64,000 nucleotides of DNA from an uncultured Gemmatimonadaceae bacterium (GTDB taxonomy: Bacteria > Gemmatimonadota > Gemmatimonadetes > Gemmatimonadales > GWC2-71-9). Both the position numbers and the translations under genes were made by a program. A model generated the notes under the pieces. The model worked only from the letters and a program-made list of their open reading frames with translations, made no database searches and was not told the origin of the DNA. The DNA lies in the NCBI GenBank assembly GCA_964475685.1, contig CAYYXP010000068.1, positions 989 to 64,988 of the forward strand, in the 5' to 3' direction. Positions 40,916 through 51,754 of the stretch are shown one piece after another. Every line of letters starts with the position of its first letter. Positions within the stretch are counted from its first letter, which is position 1.

Positions 40916-42483
40916 GGCGCCGCCGCCGTGGAGGCCGGGGCCGTTCCCAGTCGGCTGGCCTCCGGAAGCTGCGTCCGGGGCTTCATGCTCTCGATATATC
41001 GCTCGGCTGCCGGGGCCATCCGGCGGAGGACCGGAGCGGGATAGAGCCCCATCCAGACGATGCCGGCCAGCAGCGGCAGCATCACCGCCAGCTCGCGGGC
41101 GGTCAGATCGGTGAGATGCTGGTTCTCGGCATCGTCGAGCCGGTTGAAGATGAGCCGCTGCAGCGCCCAGAGCAGGTAGGCCGCGGCGAAGATGACGCCG
41201 GTCGTGGCGATTATCGTTGCCAGCGGGAAGACGGTGAAGCTGCCGAGGAGCACCAGGAACTCTCCGATGAATCCGTTGAGCCCGGGAAGGCCGATCGACG
41301 ACAGCGCCACGACCGTCAGAATCAGGCTGAAGACCGGCACGACCCTGGCGATACCGCCGTAGTCCGCGATCATCCGGGTGTGCCGGCGCTCGTACAGCAT
41401 GCCGATGAGCAGGAAGAGCGCGCCGGTGGACAGGCCATGGCTGATCATCACCATGAGAGCCCCCTGCACGCTCTGCATCGTGCCGGCCCAGATGCCGAGC
41501 ATCACGAAACCGAGGTGGCTCACCGACGAATACGCGACCAGCTTCTTGATGTCCGGCTGGACCAGCGCCACGAGGGCGCCGTAGATGATCCCGATGACCG
41601 CGAGAGCCACCATGAGCCGGGTCACGGCGGGGCTCAGCGCCACCTGGGGGAAGAAGGGGATGGCGAAGCGCAGGAACCCGTAGGTGCCGATCTTGAGCAT
41701 CACCCCGGCGAGCAGCACGCTCCCCGCCGTCGGGGCCTCGACGTGGGCGTCCGGCAGCCAGGTGTGGAAGGGGAAGATCGGGACCTTGATGGCGAAGGCG
41801 AGGGCGAAGGCCGCGAAGAGCCAGGGGGCCGTCGGACCCAGCACGCCGGCATTCTGCAGGAGGAACTCGTAGGAAAACGAGAGATAGCCGGTGACCGATT
41901 GCACCTTCCACACCATCACCACGATCGCCACCAGCATCAACAGCGAGCCGGCCATGGTATAGATGAAGAACTTGATGGCCGCGTACAGCCGGTTGGTTCC
42001 GCCCCAGATCCCGATGATGAAGTACATCGGGATCAACATCACCTCAAAGAAGATGTAGAACACGAAGAGGTCGAGCGCCAGAAACACCCCGACCAGTCCG
42101 GTCAGCAGAGTGAGCATCAGCGCGTAGAAGCCTCGCTCCCGGAAGGTGATGGAGCGGTAGCTGGCCAGCACGCTGAGCGGCATGAGGGCGGTGGTCAGGA
42201 GCACCATGACGAGGGAGATGCCGTCAATGCCGACGCGGTAGGCGATGCCCCAGTTCGCGATCCACGGCGTATTCGAGACCAGCTGCATGCTCTGCCGCGA
42301 CGGGTCGAACCACCACCAGAGCCCCGCGGAGAGAAGGAATTCCAGCGTGGTGACCGCGAGCGCGGTGCGTTTGGCCGACCGCTCGTCTCCCAGGAGGACC
42401 GGGACCACACCGGCGAGCGGAAGGATGACGAGCGCGTGGAGGATCCAGCCGCCGTAGCCGATGGACTCGAGGAGTGCTCTCAT
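40912..42483 (-). CDS. nuoM: NADH-quinone oxidoreductase subunit M
   Basis: 523 aa from ATG 42483. Antiporter-like, FHTWLPDAHVEAPTAGSVLLAG motif. Confidence 0.9.
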   Translation of the reverse strand: MRALLESIGYGGWILHALVILPLAGVVPVLLGDERSAKRTALAVTTLEFLLSAGLWWWFDPSRQSMQLVSNTPWIANWGIAYRVGIDGISLVMVLLTTALMPLSVLASYRSITFRERGFYALMLTLLTGLVGVFLALDLFVFYIFFEVMLIPMYFIIGIWGGTNRLYAAIKFFIYTMAGSLLMLVAIVVMVWKVQSVTGYLSFSYEFLLQNAGVLGPTAPWLFAAFALAFAIKVPIFPFHTWLPDAHVEAPTAGSVLLAGVMLKIGTYGFLRFAIPFFPQVALSPAVTRLMVALAVIGIIYGALVALVQPDIKKLVAYSSVSHLGFVMLGIWAGTMQSVQGALMVMISHGLSTGALFLLIGMLYERRHTRMIADYGGIARVVPVFSLILTVVALSSIGLPGLNGFIGEFLVLLGSFTVFPLATIIATTGVIFAAAYLLWALQRLIFNRLDDAENQHLTDLTARELAVMLPLLAGIVWMGLYPAPVLRRMAPAAERYIESMKPRTQLPEASRLGTAPASTAAAP

Positions 42484-42490
42484 CGGGGCC

Positions 42491-44464
42491 TCAGCGCAGG
42501 ACTGCGCGCAGGATCCAGAGCGCGCCCACGAGGAAGACCACGACGTACACTCCCACCTGGCCGGATTGCAGGCGGCCGCCGAGCCAGCCGAGACCACGGC
42601 TGACGCGCGCGGCCCCGTTCACGGCGAAGCCGTCCACGAGGGTCTGGTCGACGCCCTTCCAGAGGACCATGCGCGAGATCCACTCGAACGGCCGGACGAA
42701 GAGGCCATCGTAGAGTTCGTCGACGTAGTACTTGCGGTTGAGCACGAGGGCGAGGCCGGTGTCCACGGGCGCTTCCCTGGCCGGCAGCGTCGGACGGCCC
42801 AGCGTGGCGCGGAAGCCCAGGACGAGCCCGAGAACGCCGATCGCCACGGCGACGCCGCCCAGGAGATAAGCGGTGGAACCCTCCGGCATGACCAGGGAGT
42901 TGAGCTTCATCCCCTGCTCCACCACCGGCTCCAGCCAGCCCTCCATGGCGGCATTGCCCCCGAGGAAGTGGGGCAGGTTGAGGGCGCCACCCACCAAGCT
43001 CAGCACCCCGAGGACCACCAGCGGTCCAGTCATGATCCAGGGGGCCTCGTGCAGGTGGCCCCGCTCGTGTTCGCCGGTCCGATTCCCGCCCAGGAAAGTC
43101 ATGGCCATGAGGCGCGCCATGTAGAACGCCGTGAGGAGCGCCGCCGCCACGCCCATCGCGTAGAACAGGTAGAAGATCGGAGTGTCGCCGCCGCGGGCGA
43201 ATGCCGCGGCAAGGATCTCGTCCTTGGAGTAGAAACCCGACAACGGGGGGATCCCGGTGATCGCCAACGTCGCCAGCATCATCAGCCCGAAGGTCCACGG
43301 CAGGTACCGCCGGAGCCCGCCCATGTTGCGCATGTCCTGCGCGTCGTCGTGGGAATGGTTGGCGTGATACGCATGGTGCATCGCGTGGATCACGCTGCCC
43401 GAACCGAGGAAGAGCAAGGCCTTGAAGAAGGCGTGGGTGGCGAGGTGGAACATGCCCGCCGCGTACGCTCCCGTCCCCACTCCCAGGAACATGTAGCCGA
43501 GTTGGGAGACGGTGGAATAGGCCAGAACCTTCTTGATGTCGTACTGCCGGAGGCCGATCGTCGCCGCGAAGAGCGCCGTCAGCGCGCCGACTCCCGCCAC
43601 CACGGTGCTCGAGACGGGCGCCATCGCGAAGAGGACGTTGGTGCGGGCCACGAGATAGACGCCGGCGGTGACCATCGTGGCGGCGTGGATCAGCGCCGAA
43701 ACCGGAGTGGGGCCGGCCATCGCGTCCGGCAGCCAGGTGTAGAGCGGGATCTGGGCCGACTTGCCCGTACACCCCAGGAACAGGAAGAGGGTGATGGCCG
43801 TGACGATGGCGCCGCCCGGGCTGAGGATCCCGGGGGCCCGGGCCATCACGTCGGAGAAATTCAGCGTGCCGAAGGCGCGCCAGATGAAGTACATGGCCAC
43901 CAGGAAGCCGAAGTCGCCGATCCGGTTCATGATGAACGCCTTCTTGCCCGCGTCGGCGTTGGCTTTGTCGCTGAACCAGAATCCGATCAGCAGGTAGGAG
44001 CAGAGCCCCACTCCTTCCCAGCCGATGAACATGACCGGAAAACTCGAGCCCAGCACCAGCACGAGCATGAAGGCGATGAAGAGATTGAGGTACGCGAAGT
44101 AACGCGCGTACCCCGGGTCTTCCCGCATGTAGCCGACGCTGAACAGGTGGATCAGGCTCCCCACGCCGGTGACGATGAGGAGCATCACGACGGAGAGTTG
44201 GTCCACCTGGAACGCGAGATCCACCCTCAGCTGCCCCACCGACAGCCAGGGCCACAGCTTGACGATGAGAGGCTCGTGCGCCGGATGTCCCAGCAGCTCG
44301 CGGAAAACCCCGAGCGAGACGCCGAAGGCGCCAAGAACCACCCCCGGGCCGACCAGGGAAACCACCGCCTTGGCGCCCGGGCGGCGGAGCGCGATGGCGC
44401 CGTTGACGAGGAAGCCGCCCAGAGGGAGCGCGACCGTGAGCCAGACCCAGTGGGAGAAACTCAT
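42491..44464 (-). CDS. nuoL: NADH-quinone oxidoreductase subunit L
   Basis: 657 aa from ATG 44464 (TGATG junction). GWEGVGLCSYLLIGFWF and WLPDAMAGPTPVSALIHAATMV. Confidence 0.9.
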   Translation of the reverse strand: MSFSHWVWLTVALPLGGFLVNGAIALRRPGAKAVVSLVGPGVVLGAFGVSLGVFRELLGHPAHEPLIVKLWPWLSVGQLRVDLAFQVDQLSVVMLLIVTGVGSLIHLFSVGYMREDPGYARYFAYLNLFIAFMLVLVLGSSFPVMFIGWEGVGLCSYLLIGFWFSDKANADAGKKAFIMNRIGDFGFLVAMYFIWRAFGTLNFSDVMARAPGILSPGGAIVTAITLFLFLGCTGKSAQIPLYTWLPDAMAGPTPVSALIHAATMVTAGVYLVARTNVLFAMAPVSSTVVAGVGALTALFAATIGLRQYDIKKVLAYSTVSQLGYMFLGVGTGAYAAGMFHLATHAFFKALLFLGSGSVIHAMHHAYHANHSHDDAQDMRNMGGLRRYLPWTFGLMMLATLAITGIPPLSGFYSKDEILAAAFARGGDTPIFYLFYAMGVAAALLTAFYMARLMAMTFLGGNRTGEHERGHLHEAPWIMTGPLVVLGVLSLVGGALNLPHFLGGNAAMEGWLEPVVEQGMKLNSLVMPEGSTAYLLGGVAVAIGVLGLVLGFRATLGRPTLPAREAPVDTGLALVLNRKYYVDELYDGLFVRPFEWISRMVLWKGVDQTLVDGFAVNGAARVSRGLGWLGGRLQSGQVGVYVVVFLVGALWILRAVLR

Positions 44465-44760
44465 CACCCGCGCAGGAGGTTGATGTTCTGGAGGTCGACG
44501 GACTGGCGGTGCCGGAACATGGCCAGGATGATGGCCAGTCCCACCGCCGCCTCCGCCGCGGCAACGGTCATCACGAAGAAGACCATGACCTGGCCGCTGG
44601 ACCCGTACAGCTGCGCCAGCGCCACGAAGGTGAGGTTCACGGCGTTGAGCATCAGCTCGATGCACATGAACACGACGATGGCGTTCCGGCGCAGAAGCAC
44701 TCCCGCCACGCCGAGGCTGAAGAGGATGGCGGACAGACCGAGCGAGGGTCCGAGGAGCAT
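44464..44760 (-). CDS. nuoK: NADH-quinone oxidoreductase subunit K
   Basis: 98 aa, 3 [13 protein letters not shown] motif. ATG 44760 shares one base with the nuoJ TGA. Confidence 0.9.
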   Translation of the reverse strand: MLLGPSLGLSAILFSLGVAGVLLRRNAIVVFMCIELMLNAVNLTFVALAQLYGSSGQVMVFFVMTVAAAEAAVGLAIILAMFRHRQSVDLQNINLLRG

Positions 44761-45317
44761 CACACCTTCCGCTTGGCCAGAACGACGGCGCCGATGATGG
44801 CCACCAGGAGGAGGATCGACGTGATCTCGAACGGCACGAGGTAGACCTGAAAGAGCGGCGCGGCGATGGCGCCGACCACGCCGTTCGCCTGTGCCTCCTG
44901 CCGCGCGAGGGCCCCGGCGGCAAAGACCACGGCGGGGTCGTTGAAGGCCCCCCCCTGTGCCAGCTCCTCCGCCAGCCGTTTCGGGGTGTAGCGCCAGAGG
45001 GCGAACAGCTCGCCGAGCAGCAAGCCGACGACCACCAGCGTGGCCGCCACCGTCGAGGGCCCCCGGAGGTCGGAGGTGGCGTGGCCAAGATTGAGCAGCA
45101 TGATCACGAAGAGAAAGAGGACCATCACGGCGCCGGCGTAGACCAGCACCTGGATGGCCGCGATGAACTGGGCGTCGAGCAGGACGTAGATGGCCGCCAG
45201 CGAGAACATCGTGGAGACGAGCCACAAGGCGGCACTCACCGGGTTCCTCTGAAGAATGCACAGCGAGGCCGAGAGGACGGCGGCGCCGGCGAAGAACCAG
45301 AACACGGCGTTGGTCAT
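44760..45317 (-). CDS. nuoJ: NADH-quinone oxidoreductase subunit J
   Basis: 185 aa. [19 protein letters not shown] motif and operon position. Confidence 0.85.
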   Translation of the reverse strand: MTNAVFWFFAGAAVLSASLCILQRNPVSAALWLVSTMFSLAAIYVLLDAQFIAAIQVLVYAGAVMVLFLFVIMLLNLGHATSDLRGPSTVAATLVVVGLLLGELFALWRYTPKRLAEELAQGGAFNDPAVVFAAGALARQEAQANGVVGAIAAPLFQVYLVPFEITSILLLVAIIGAVVLAKRKV

Positions 45318-45842
45318 CTATTCGCCCCGGGGATCGGCAGGGTCCCAGAGCGTCGAGACCGGGTGGGTCTGCGACGAGAGGCGCTCGAGGTCGTAGACGA
45401 ACCGATCGCGGGAGTACTCCGAGTTCTCGAAGTGCACCCCCACGTGGATGGCCTCCTCGGGGCAAACCTCCTGGCAGTAGCCGCAGAACACGCAGCGGAA
45501 TTCGTCGATCTCGTAGATGAGCGGGTACCGGTTGCCCTGCTCGTCCTCGCCGGGGACCAGCTTGATGCAATTGGCGGGGCAGATCTGCGGGCACAGGCCG
45601 CAGGCGACGCACTTGGACCGCCCCTGCTCGTCGGTGAGCATGCGGTGGGTGCCCCGCCACCGGTCGGAGATGCTCCACTGGCCCATGCCGCTCCCGGGGC
45701 CGGTGCTCTTCTCCTCGGGGTACTGCATCGTGACCTTCGGCTCGAACATGTGCTTGAAGGTGAGCGCCATTCCCCGGAGCGTCGCCCTGACGTAGCTCAC
45801 GTTCCGCTCGGGCCGCGTGAGGACCTTCACTCCGATGGCCAT
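45318..45842 (-). CDS. nuoI: NADH-quinone oxidoreductase subunit I
   Basis: 174 aa from ATG 45842. Two ferredoxin motifs, [12 protein letters not shown] and [12 protein letters not shown]. Confidence 0.9.
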   Translation of the reverse strand: MAIGVKVLTRPERNVSYVRATLRGMALTFKHMFEPKVTMQYPEEKSTGPGSGMGQWSISDRWRGTHRMLTDEQGRSKCVACGLCPQICPANCIKLVPGEDEQGNRYPLIYEIDEFRCVFCGYCQEVCPEEAIHVGVHFENSEYSRDRFVYDLERLSSQTHPVSTLWDPADPRGE

Positions 45843-47053
45843 CAGCCCGCCACCGCCGGGCGCCGGCCCGAGCCCTTGATGAAGATGCCGCTGTCGAGCC
45901 AGCCGAAGACGAGAACACCGATCACAAGGTTCACTCCGAACAGGATGAGCGACTCGAGGCGCGGATGGGTGACCCCGCCGACCCGCTGGATGAGGTAGAT
46001 CGCGGTGCACACCACCATGATGTAGGCCAGGGCGAGGGGCATGAGCACCTTCCACCCCAGCGCCATCAGCTGGTCATAGCGGAATCTCGGCAACGTCCAC
46101 CGGATCCACATGACCACGAAGATCCAGAACATCACCTTGAGGAAGAAGAACCCGGCCGTCGCCACCGTCTGCAGGGTCCCGCCCCGCTCGTCCCACGCGC
46201 CCGGTATGTCCCACCCGCCGAAGAAGAGGGTGGTCACCATGGCACACACCGTCACGACGTTGGCATACTCGGCGATGAAGAAGAAGGAGAACTTCATGGC
46301 GCTGTACTCGGTGTGGTAGCCCGCGATCAGCTCCGACTCCGCCTCCGGCAGGTCGAACGGAAGCCGGTTGGTCTCGGCGAACCCGGAGATCAGGAAGATG
46401 AAGAACGAGAGGAAGAGCGGCAGCACGTACCAGAGGCCGGCCTGCTGGTGCGCGACGATCACCGAGAAGCTCACGTTGCCCGACATCAGGAGCACGGGGA
46501 TCAGACTCAACCCCATGGCGACCTCGTACGAGATTATCTGCGCGCTGGCCCGTAGGCCGCCGAGGAGGGCGTACTTGCTGTTGGACGACCAGCCCGCGAG
46601 CGCGATGCCGTAGACGCCGAGCGAGCTGATCGCCAGCACGAACAGGAAGCCGATGGGGAGGTCGGCCACCACCATCGGCATGGCGCCATGGTGGGTGAAG
46701 CGGCCGAGCGACCCGAGGGTGAAGTCGAACTCCACCGGCAACGGGGCCGCGAAGGGAATGACCGCGAAGAGCAGCAGCGCCGGAATGAACGACATAGCGG
46801 GCGCGAGGATGAACAGGCCCCGGTTCGCCAGCGCGGGGAATGTCTCTTCCTTGAGGATGTTCTTCACCCCGTCGGCCGCCGGCTGGAGCAGCCCGGCCCA
46901 GCCCACGCGATTGGGGCCGCGACGGTTCTGCATCCACGCGCTCACCTTGCGCTCCATGAGAGTGAGCAGGGCGACGCCGATCATGGTGATGGTGAACACC
47001 ACGAGCATCTTGAGGACGCTCAGCAGGAGGAAGCCCTTCATTTCCGGCGTCAT
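45842..47053 (-). CDS. nuoH: NADH-quinone oxidoreductase subunit H
   Basis: 403 aa from ATG 47053 (ATGA overlap). [18 protein letters not shown] and [20 protein letters not shown]. Confidence 0.9.
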   Translation of the reverse strand: MTPEMKGFLLLSVLKMLVVFTITMIGVALLTLMERKVSAWMQNRRGPNRVGWAGLLQPAADGVKNILKEETFPALANRGLFILAPAMSFIPALLLFAVIPFAAPLPVEFDFTLGSLGRFTHHGAMPMVVADLPIGFLFVLAISSLGVYGIALAGWSSNSKYALLGGLRASAQIISYEVAMGLSLIPVLLMSGNVSFSVIVAHQQAGLWYVLPLFLSFFIFLISGFAETNRLPFDLPEAESELIAGYHTEYSAMKFSFFFIAEYANVVTVCAMVTTLFFGGWDIPGAWDERGGTLQTVATAGFFFLKVMFWIFVVMWIRWTLPRFRYDQLMALGWKVLMPLALAYIMVVCTAIYLIQRVGGVTHPRLESLILFGVNLVIGVLVFGWLDSGIFIKGSGRRPAVAG

Positions 47054-48633
47054 CGGGCCGCCGGGGCGGCAGGGGCCGCGGTCAGGATCCGGCCGGTGAA
47101 CCCGATGTCTCCATAGCGGATTCCGCCAAACAGCGGCCAGCGCTCTCCCAGGAGGAGGAACGCCTCCTCGGCGGTCGAGGGCGCATCGGCGTCGGGGCCG
47201 GGCCCGGCGAGCACCTCGCCGGCCACCCACCATGCTGGCCGGGCCATGCCGGGCTGGGACTTTGCCTGATGAAAGCGCTGCAGCCGACGGTCCCGGTTCA
47301 GGTAGGTCCCGTTCTCCTCGGCCATGTTCGTGACCGGGAGCACGAGGTCGGCTCGCCGGATGGAATCGGTCGCGACGGTGCCCAGCACCACCACCACTCC
47401 CGCGGCGGCAGCGAGCGCCGCTTCTTCGGTGGGGCCGATCTCGGCGTCGAGCACCACCACCAGCGAGGCGCCCGCCGCTGCCGCGAGGGCCGATTCCCAG
47501 GTGGCCGAGTAACCGAGCAGCCGGGCTCCGGCGAGATTTGGCGCCCGCTCCCGCCGCAGCGCCAGCCCGGGGATCCCGGGCAGCGGTGCCTCCTCGCCCA
47601 GCGGTACCTGTACCGCGGCGGTGACGTCGAAGCGCTCGATCAGGCGCATAAGGAGGCCAAGCGATTCGGTCGAGGCCCGGCCGGAGGCCAGCAGCACCGC
47701 GCTTCCCGAGGCCCCGCGGACCACCTGCCCAAGCCGGTCGAGCGCGGTGTCCCAGTCGGTGGCGACGTGGCGGCCGCCCTCGCGGACGAGGGGCGCCTCG
47801 ATCCGGTCGCCGCGGTTCATCCAGCGGTAGTTCATCCGGCCGTGGTCGCAGATGAAATGCCGGTTGACCTCGAGGTTCGGCCGGGGGCGAATGCGGACGA
47901 CGACGTCGTCCCGCGTATCAATCGTAACGTTGCATCCCTGGGTGCATCCGGGGCAGACGCTCGCGGCCTTGTCGAGGTCCCAGGCGCGCGCCTTGTGGAG
48001 GAAGTCCTTGGAGAGCAGCGACCCCACGGGACAGAGGTCGACGACATTGCCGGCCCACGGATGATCCAGCTTCCCGGATTCGGCGATTCCGATGTAGGCG
48101 CGGTCGCCGCGCTCGGAGACGTTGAGCAACGGCGCCCCGGCGACATCGTCCATGAAGCGCACGCAGCGGGTGCACAGGATGCACCGATTGGGCACGTAGA
48201 GGATGTCGGGCCCGAAATCCTCGACCGGGTTGTACCGCTTCGCGTATTCCTCGTAGCGAGTTCCCGCGCGCCCTTCCTGGAACACATAGTTCTGCAACTC
48301 GCATTCACCGGACTGATCGCAGATCGGGCAGTCGAGCGGGTGATTGATGAGGAGGAACTCGAGGACGCTCTCGCGCGCCTTCCGGGCGCTCTCGCTGTTG
48401 ACATGGACCACCTGCCCCTCGGCCACGGTGGTGACGCAGGCCGGCGCCAGCTTCGGCGCCTTCTCCACTTCCACCAGGCACATCCGGCAGACGGCGGGCG
48501 ACGGGAGCGACGGGTGGTAACAGTAGTGGGGAATGAGGACGCCGGCCTGCTTGGCGGCCTCGATGATCGTCGTGCCCGCGGGCACCGCGATCGAGGCGCC
48601 GTCGATCGTCACGTTGACGAGCTGGTCAGCCAT
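47050..48633 (-). CDS. nuoG: NADH-quinone oxidoreductase subunit G (short form)
   Basis: 527 aa from ATG 48633, with AGGAA 7-8 nt upstream; ATG 48657 is the alternative. Contains 2Fe-2S (CYHPSL...CRMCLVEV...C), HPLDCPICDQSGEC, CILCTRCVRF and CPGCTQGC motifs. Confidence 0.85.
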   Translation of the reverse strand: MADQLVNVTIDGASIAVPAGTTIIEAAKQAGVLIPHYCYHPSLPSPAVCRMCLVEVEKAPKLAPACVTTVAEGQVVHVNSESARKARESVLEFLLINHPLDCPICDQSGECELQNYVFQEGRAGTRYEEYAKRYNPVEDFGPDILYVPNRCILCTRCVRFMDDVAGAPLLNVSERGDRAYIGIAESGKLDHPWAGNVVDLCPVGSLLSKDFLHKARAWDLDKAASVCPGCTQGCNVTIDTRDDVVVRIRPRPNLEVNRHFICDHGRMNYRWMNRGDRIEAPLVREGGRHVATDWDTALDRLGQVVRGASGSAVLLASGRASTESLGLLMRLIERFDVTAAVQVPLGEEAPLPGIPGLALRRERAPNLAGARLLGYSATWESALAAAAGASLVVVLDAEIGPTEEAALAAAAGVVVVLGTVATDSIRRADLVLPVTNMAEENGTYLNRDRRLQRFHQAKSQPGMARPAWWVAGEVLAGPGPDADAPSTAEEAFLLLGERWPLFGGIRYGDIGFTGRILTAAPAAPAAR

Positions 48634-48669
48634 TCTCGGTTCCTGGTTGCTAACCATAGGGGCGCTTCC

Positions 48670-49977
48670 TCATACCACGGCCATGGAAGGCTCGCGGGCC
48701 CCGGCAATGTACGCCTCGAATTCGGAGCGGAACTTCTGGATGCCGCTCACCACCGGCGCCGCGCAGGAATCGCTCAGCACGCAGATCGTCTTCCCCGTCA
48801 TGTTCTCGGACAGGTCGAGCAGCAGCTGGAAATCGTCCTGCTTCCCCTTCCCCGCCAGGATGCGTTCGAGAATCCTTGTGGTCCACGCGGTGCCCTCGCG
48901 GCACTGGGTGCACTGGGCGCACGACTCGTGGGCGTAGAACCGGGCGAGGCGCCAGATCTGATAGACCATGTCGGTGGTATCGTCCATCACGATCATACCT
49001 GCCGAGCCGAGCATGGAACCCTGGGCGACGATACCCTCGTAGTCGAACAGCGCTTCCTCGGCCTCCTGCCGCGTCATGATCGGCACCGACGAGCCGCCGG
49101 GAATGACCGCCTTGAAGGTGCGCCCGGGCCGGGGGCCGCCGGCCATCTCGTAGAGGATCTCCTTCAGCGGCGTGCCCATGGTGACCTCGTAATTCCCCGG
49201 CCGCTGCACGTGGCCGCAGATCGAGATCAGCTTGGTCCCGGTGCTCTTCGGGCTGCCGAGGCAGAGGCCCTTGTGCCAGGCGGCGCCCCGAACGAGAATG
49301 TGCGGCACCGCGGCGAGTGTCTCCACGTTGTTGATCGTGGTGGGCATCCCGAAGAGGCCGGACGCGGCCGGAAAAGGCGGCTTGATCCTGGGGTTGCCGC
49401 GCTTTCCCTCGATCGAGTTCATCATCGCGGTCTCTTCACCGCAGATGTAGGCCCCGGCCCCTCGGTGGATCACCATGTCGATCCGCTTCCCGCTGCCGAA
49501 GGCGTTGGGACCCAGAGCGCCCCTGGCGTACGCTTCGGCCACCGCTTCTCCCATGATCCGGAGCGGCTCGGTGACCTCGCCGCGAATGTAGATGTAGCCA
49601 CGCTCCGCGCCGATGGCATGCGACGCGATGGCGCAGCCCTCGATCAGCGCGTGAGGCGTCCACCGCATGATCTCGCGGTCCTTGAATGTCCCGGGCTCGG
49701 ACTCGTCGGCGTTGCACACGAGATAGTGCGGATTCACACCGTCCTTGGGCATGAACGACCACTTGAGCCCCGTGGGAAACCCGGCCCCGCCGCGGCCCCT
49801 CAGCCCCGACGCCTTGACCTCCTCGACGATGGCCTCGCGGGTCATGCCGAGCGCCTTCCGAAGGCCTTCGTAGCCGCCGCGCTCGACCCATCCGTCGAAG
49901 GTCCGCGCGCCGGCGTCCCCGAAGTACCGGGACAGGACGACGGTCTCCCCGGGATGACTGGGGTGCGGATAGCCCAT
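48670..49977 (-). CDS. nuoF: NADH-quinone oxidoreductase subunit F
   Basis: 435 aa from ATG 49977 (TAATG junction). GRGGAGFPTGLKW (FMN/NADH site) and ESCAQCTQCREG. Confidence 0.95.
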   Translation of the reverse strand: MGYPHPSHPGETVVLSRYFGDAGARTFDGWVERGGYEGLRKALGMTREAIVEEVKASGLRGRGGAGFPTGLKWSFMPKDGVNPHYLVCNADESEPGTFKDREIMRWTPHALIEGCAIASHAIGAERGYIYIRGEVTEPLRIMGEAVAEAYARGALGPNAFGSGKRIDMVIHRGAGAYICGEETAMMNSIEGKRGNPRIKPPFPAASGLFGMPTTINNVETLAAVPHILVRGAAWHKGLCLGSPKSTGTKLISICGHVQRPGNYEVTMGTPLKEILYEMAGGPRPGRTFKAVIPGGSSVPIMTRQEAEEALFDYEGIVAQGSMLGSAGMIVMDDTTDMVYQIWRLARFYAHESCAQCTQCREGTAWTTRILERILAGKGKQDDFQLLLDLSENMTGKTICVLSDSCAAPVVSGIQKFRSEFEAYIAGAREPSMAVV

Positions 49978-50465
49978 TACGGGTACCTCTGCAGGATGCC
50001 GGGCACCTTGTCCGGAGTGACGTCTTCGATGAAGTCGTCGTCGACGAGGATGGGCGTGGGGAAGCCGCAGGCGCCCAGGCATTCGACCTCGATCACCGTG
50101 AAGCGGCCGTCCGGGCTGGTGGCGCCGAGCTCCCGGCAGCCGGTCTTCTCGAGGAGCGCCTTCACCACGTCTTCCGCGCCGCAGATGTTGCACGGAGAGG
50201 TGGTGCACACCTGGATGAAGTGGCGGCCCACGGGGTGGGTGTGATACATGGTGTAGAACGAGACCACGCCCTTCACGTACGCCGGCGTCAGCCCCAGCAC
50301 TCCGGCGACCTCCTCGATGGCCGGCTCGGAGATCCAGCTCCGTTCCTCCTGGACCATCCAGAGCGCCGGCAGCAGGCAGGCCTGCTTGGTCGGGTAGTCG
50401 TCGAACAACCGTTCGAGCCGGGCCCAGGTCTCACCGACGAAGACCGGCTGGTGAGTCGCGCTCAC
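49977..50465 (-). CDS. nuoE: NADH-quinone oxidoreductase subunit E
   Basis: 162 aa from GTG 50465 (GTGA overlap). CTTSPCNICG...ECLGACG 2Fe-2S motif. Confidence 0.9.
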   Translation of the reverse strand: MSATHQPVFVGETWARLERLFDDYPTKQACLLPALWMVQEERSWISEPAIEEVAGVLGLTPAYVKGVVSFYTMYHTHPVGRHFIQVCTTSPCNICGAEDVVKALLEKTGCRELGATSPDGRFTVIEVECLGACGFPTPILVDDDFIEDVTPDKVPGILQRYP

Positions 50466-51754
50466 CGGTCGACCTCCCCCATCACGATGTCCACGCTCGC
50501 GTTGATGGCGATGACGTCGGACAAGAGGGCGCCCTCGCACATCCTGGGCAGGCTCGCCAGGTTGATGAAGGAGGGCGGCCGGATGCGCCACCGCACCGGC
50601 TTGCTGGTGCCGTCCGAGACGAGGTACGTCCCCAGCTCGCCCTTGGGATTCTCCACCCCCATGTATGCCTCGCCCACCGGCGGCTTGACCCCTTCCATGA
50701 CCTGCTTGAAGTGGAAGATCATCGCTTCCATGTCACTCATCGCGCGGGACTTGGGCGGCAGGATGACCCGCGGATCGTCCACGTTGATCGGGGCGCCCTG
50801 GAGAAGAGAGAGCCGGTCGAGCGCCTGCTCGAGGATGCGGTTGGACTGGGTCATCTCCTCGAGCCGCACGCGATAGCGGTCGTAGATGTCGCCGTGCTCG
50901 CCGACGGGGACGTCGAAGTCGTAGGTCTCGTAATCGAGGTATGGGCGGTCCTTCCGCACGTCGTAGTCCACGCCGCTCGCCCGCAGCATCGGTCCCGAGA
51001 GCGAGTAGTTGATCGCCTCCTCCGCCGTGAGGGCGCCGACGCCCTGGGTGCGCCCGATCCAGATGGCGTTCCGGGTGAACATGGTGTCCACCTCGGCCAG
51101 CGTCTTGGGGAAGGTCCGGGTGAAGTCGCGGAGGTCCGCCTCGAAGTCGTCCGGCACGTCCGCCATCATCCCGCCCACACGGGTGAGACTGGTGGTGAGA
51201 CGCGCGCCGGTCCACTTCTCCTGGAGGTTGTAGATCCGCTCCCGCTCCTGGAACGACCAGAGGAAGGGCGTGTAGGCGCCGAGGTCGATGCCGGTGGTGC
51301 CGAGCCAAACGAGATGCGAGATGATCCGGCTCATCTCGCAGGCGATGACGCGCAGCACCCTGCACCTCTCCGGCACCTCAATCCCCATCAGCTTCTCCGC
51401 GCCCAGCGCGAAGCCGACGTTGTTGGCCATGGGGGAGAGGTAGTCGGTGCGGTCGGTGAGGGGGATGATCTGATTGTAGTGCCGGTACTCGCCGAGCTTC
51501 TCGAAACCGGAATGGAGGTAGCCGATATGAGGGATGCAGCGCTTGACGGTCTCCCCCTCGAGCTCGAGGACGAGTCGGAGGACCCCGTGCGTGGCCGGGT
51601 GCTGCGGCCCGATGTTGACCAGCATGTGCTCGGCGCCGAAATCCTCGTCGAAATGGCGGTCCCGGGGGGCGGCCGACAGGGGGATCCTCGCTGGACGTCC
51701 TGCCGCGTCGAGGCCCGGGGTGGCCAGCGCCATTTCCACGGTTCTGAGGCTCAC
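50462..51754 (-). CDS. nuoD: NADH-quinone oxidoreductase subunit D
   Basis: 430 aa from GTG 51754 (GTGA overlap). NIGPQHPATHGVLRL and C-terminal VMGEVDR. Confidence 0.95.
   Translation of the reverse strand: MSLRTVEMALATPGLDAAGRPARIPLSAAPRDRHFDEDFGAEHMLVNIGPQHPATHGVLRLVLELEGETVKRCIPHIGYLHSGFEKLGEYRHYNQIIPLTDRTDYLSPMANNVGFALGAEKLMGIEVPERCRVLRVIACEMSRIISHLVWLGTTGIDLGAYTPFLWSFQERERIYNLQEKWTGARLTTSLTRVGGMMADVPDDFEADLRDFTRTFPKTLAEVDTMFTRNAIWIGRTQGVGALTAEEAINYSLSGPMLRASGVDYDVRKDRPYLDYETYDFDVPVGEHGDIYDRYRVRLEEMTQSNRILEQALDRLSLLQGAPINVDDPRVILPPKSRAMSDMEAMIFHFKQVMEGVKPPVGEAYMGVENPKGELGTYLVSDGTSKPVRWRIRPPSFINLASLPRMCEGALLSDVIAINASVDIVMGEVDR

Noticed and set aside
42461-44797. 778-aa plus-strand ORF, and several nested minus-strand ORFs over nuoL/nuoM
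   Set aside because: It is antisense or out of frame to antiporter-like subunits with clear TM and motif structure. It has a low-complexity charged composition. It is a GC artefact. The same reasoning applies to 2555-4258, 4973-6772, 36025-37935, 37711-39447 and 61283-63385.
47269-50244. 991-aa plus-strand ORF, the longest in the track
   Set aside because: It is entirely antisense to nuoG/nuoF/nuoE, whose products carry unmistakable Fe-S and FMN motifs. Its translation is Arg/Gly/Ala/Pro/His-rich with no motif. Long stop-free antisense frames are expected at this G+C content.
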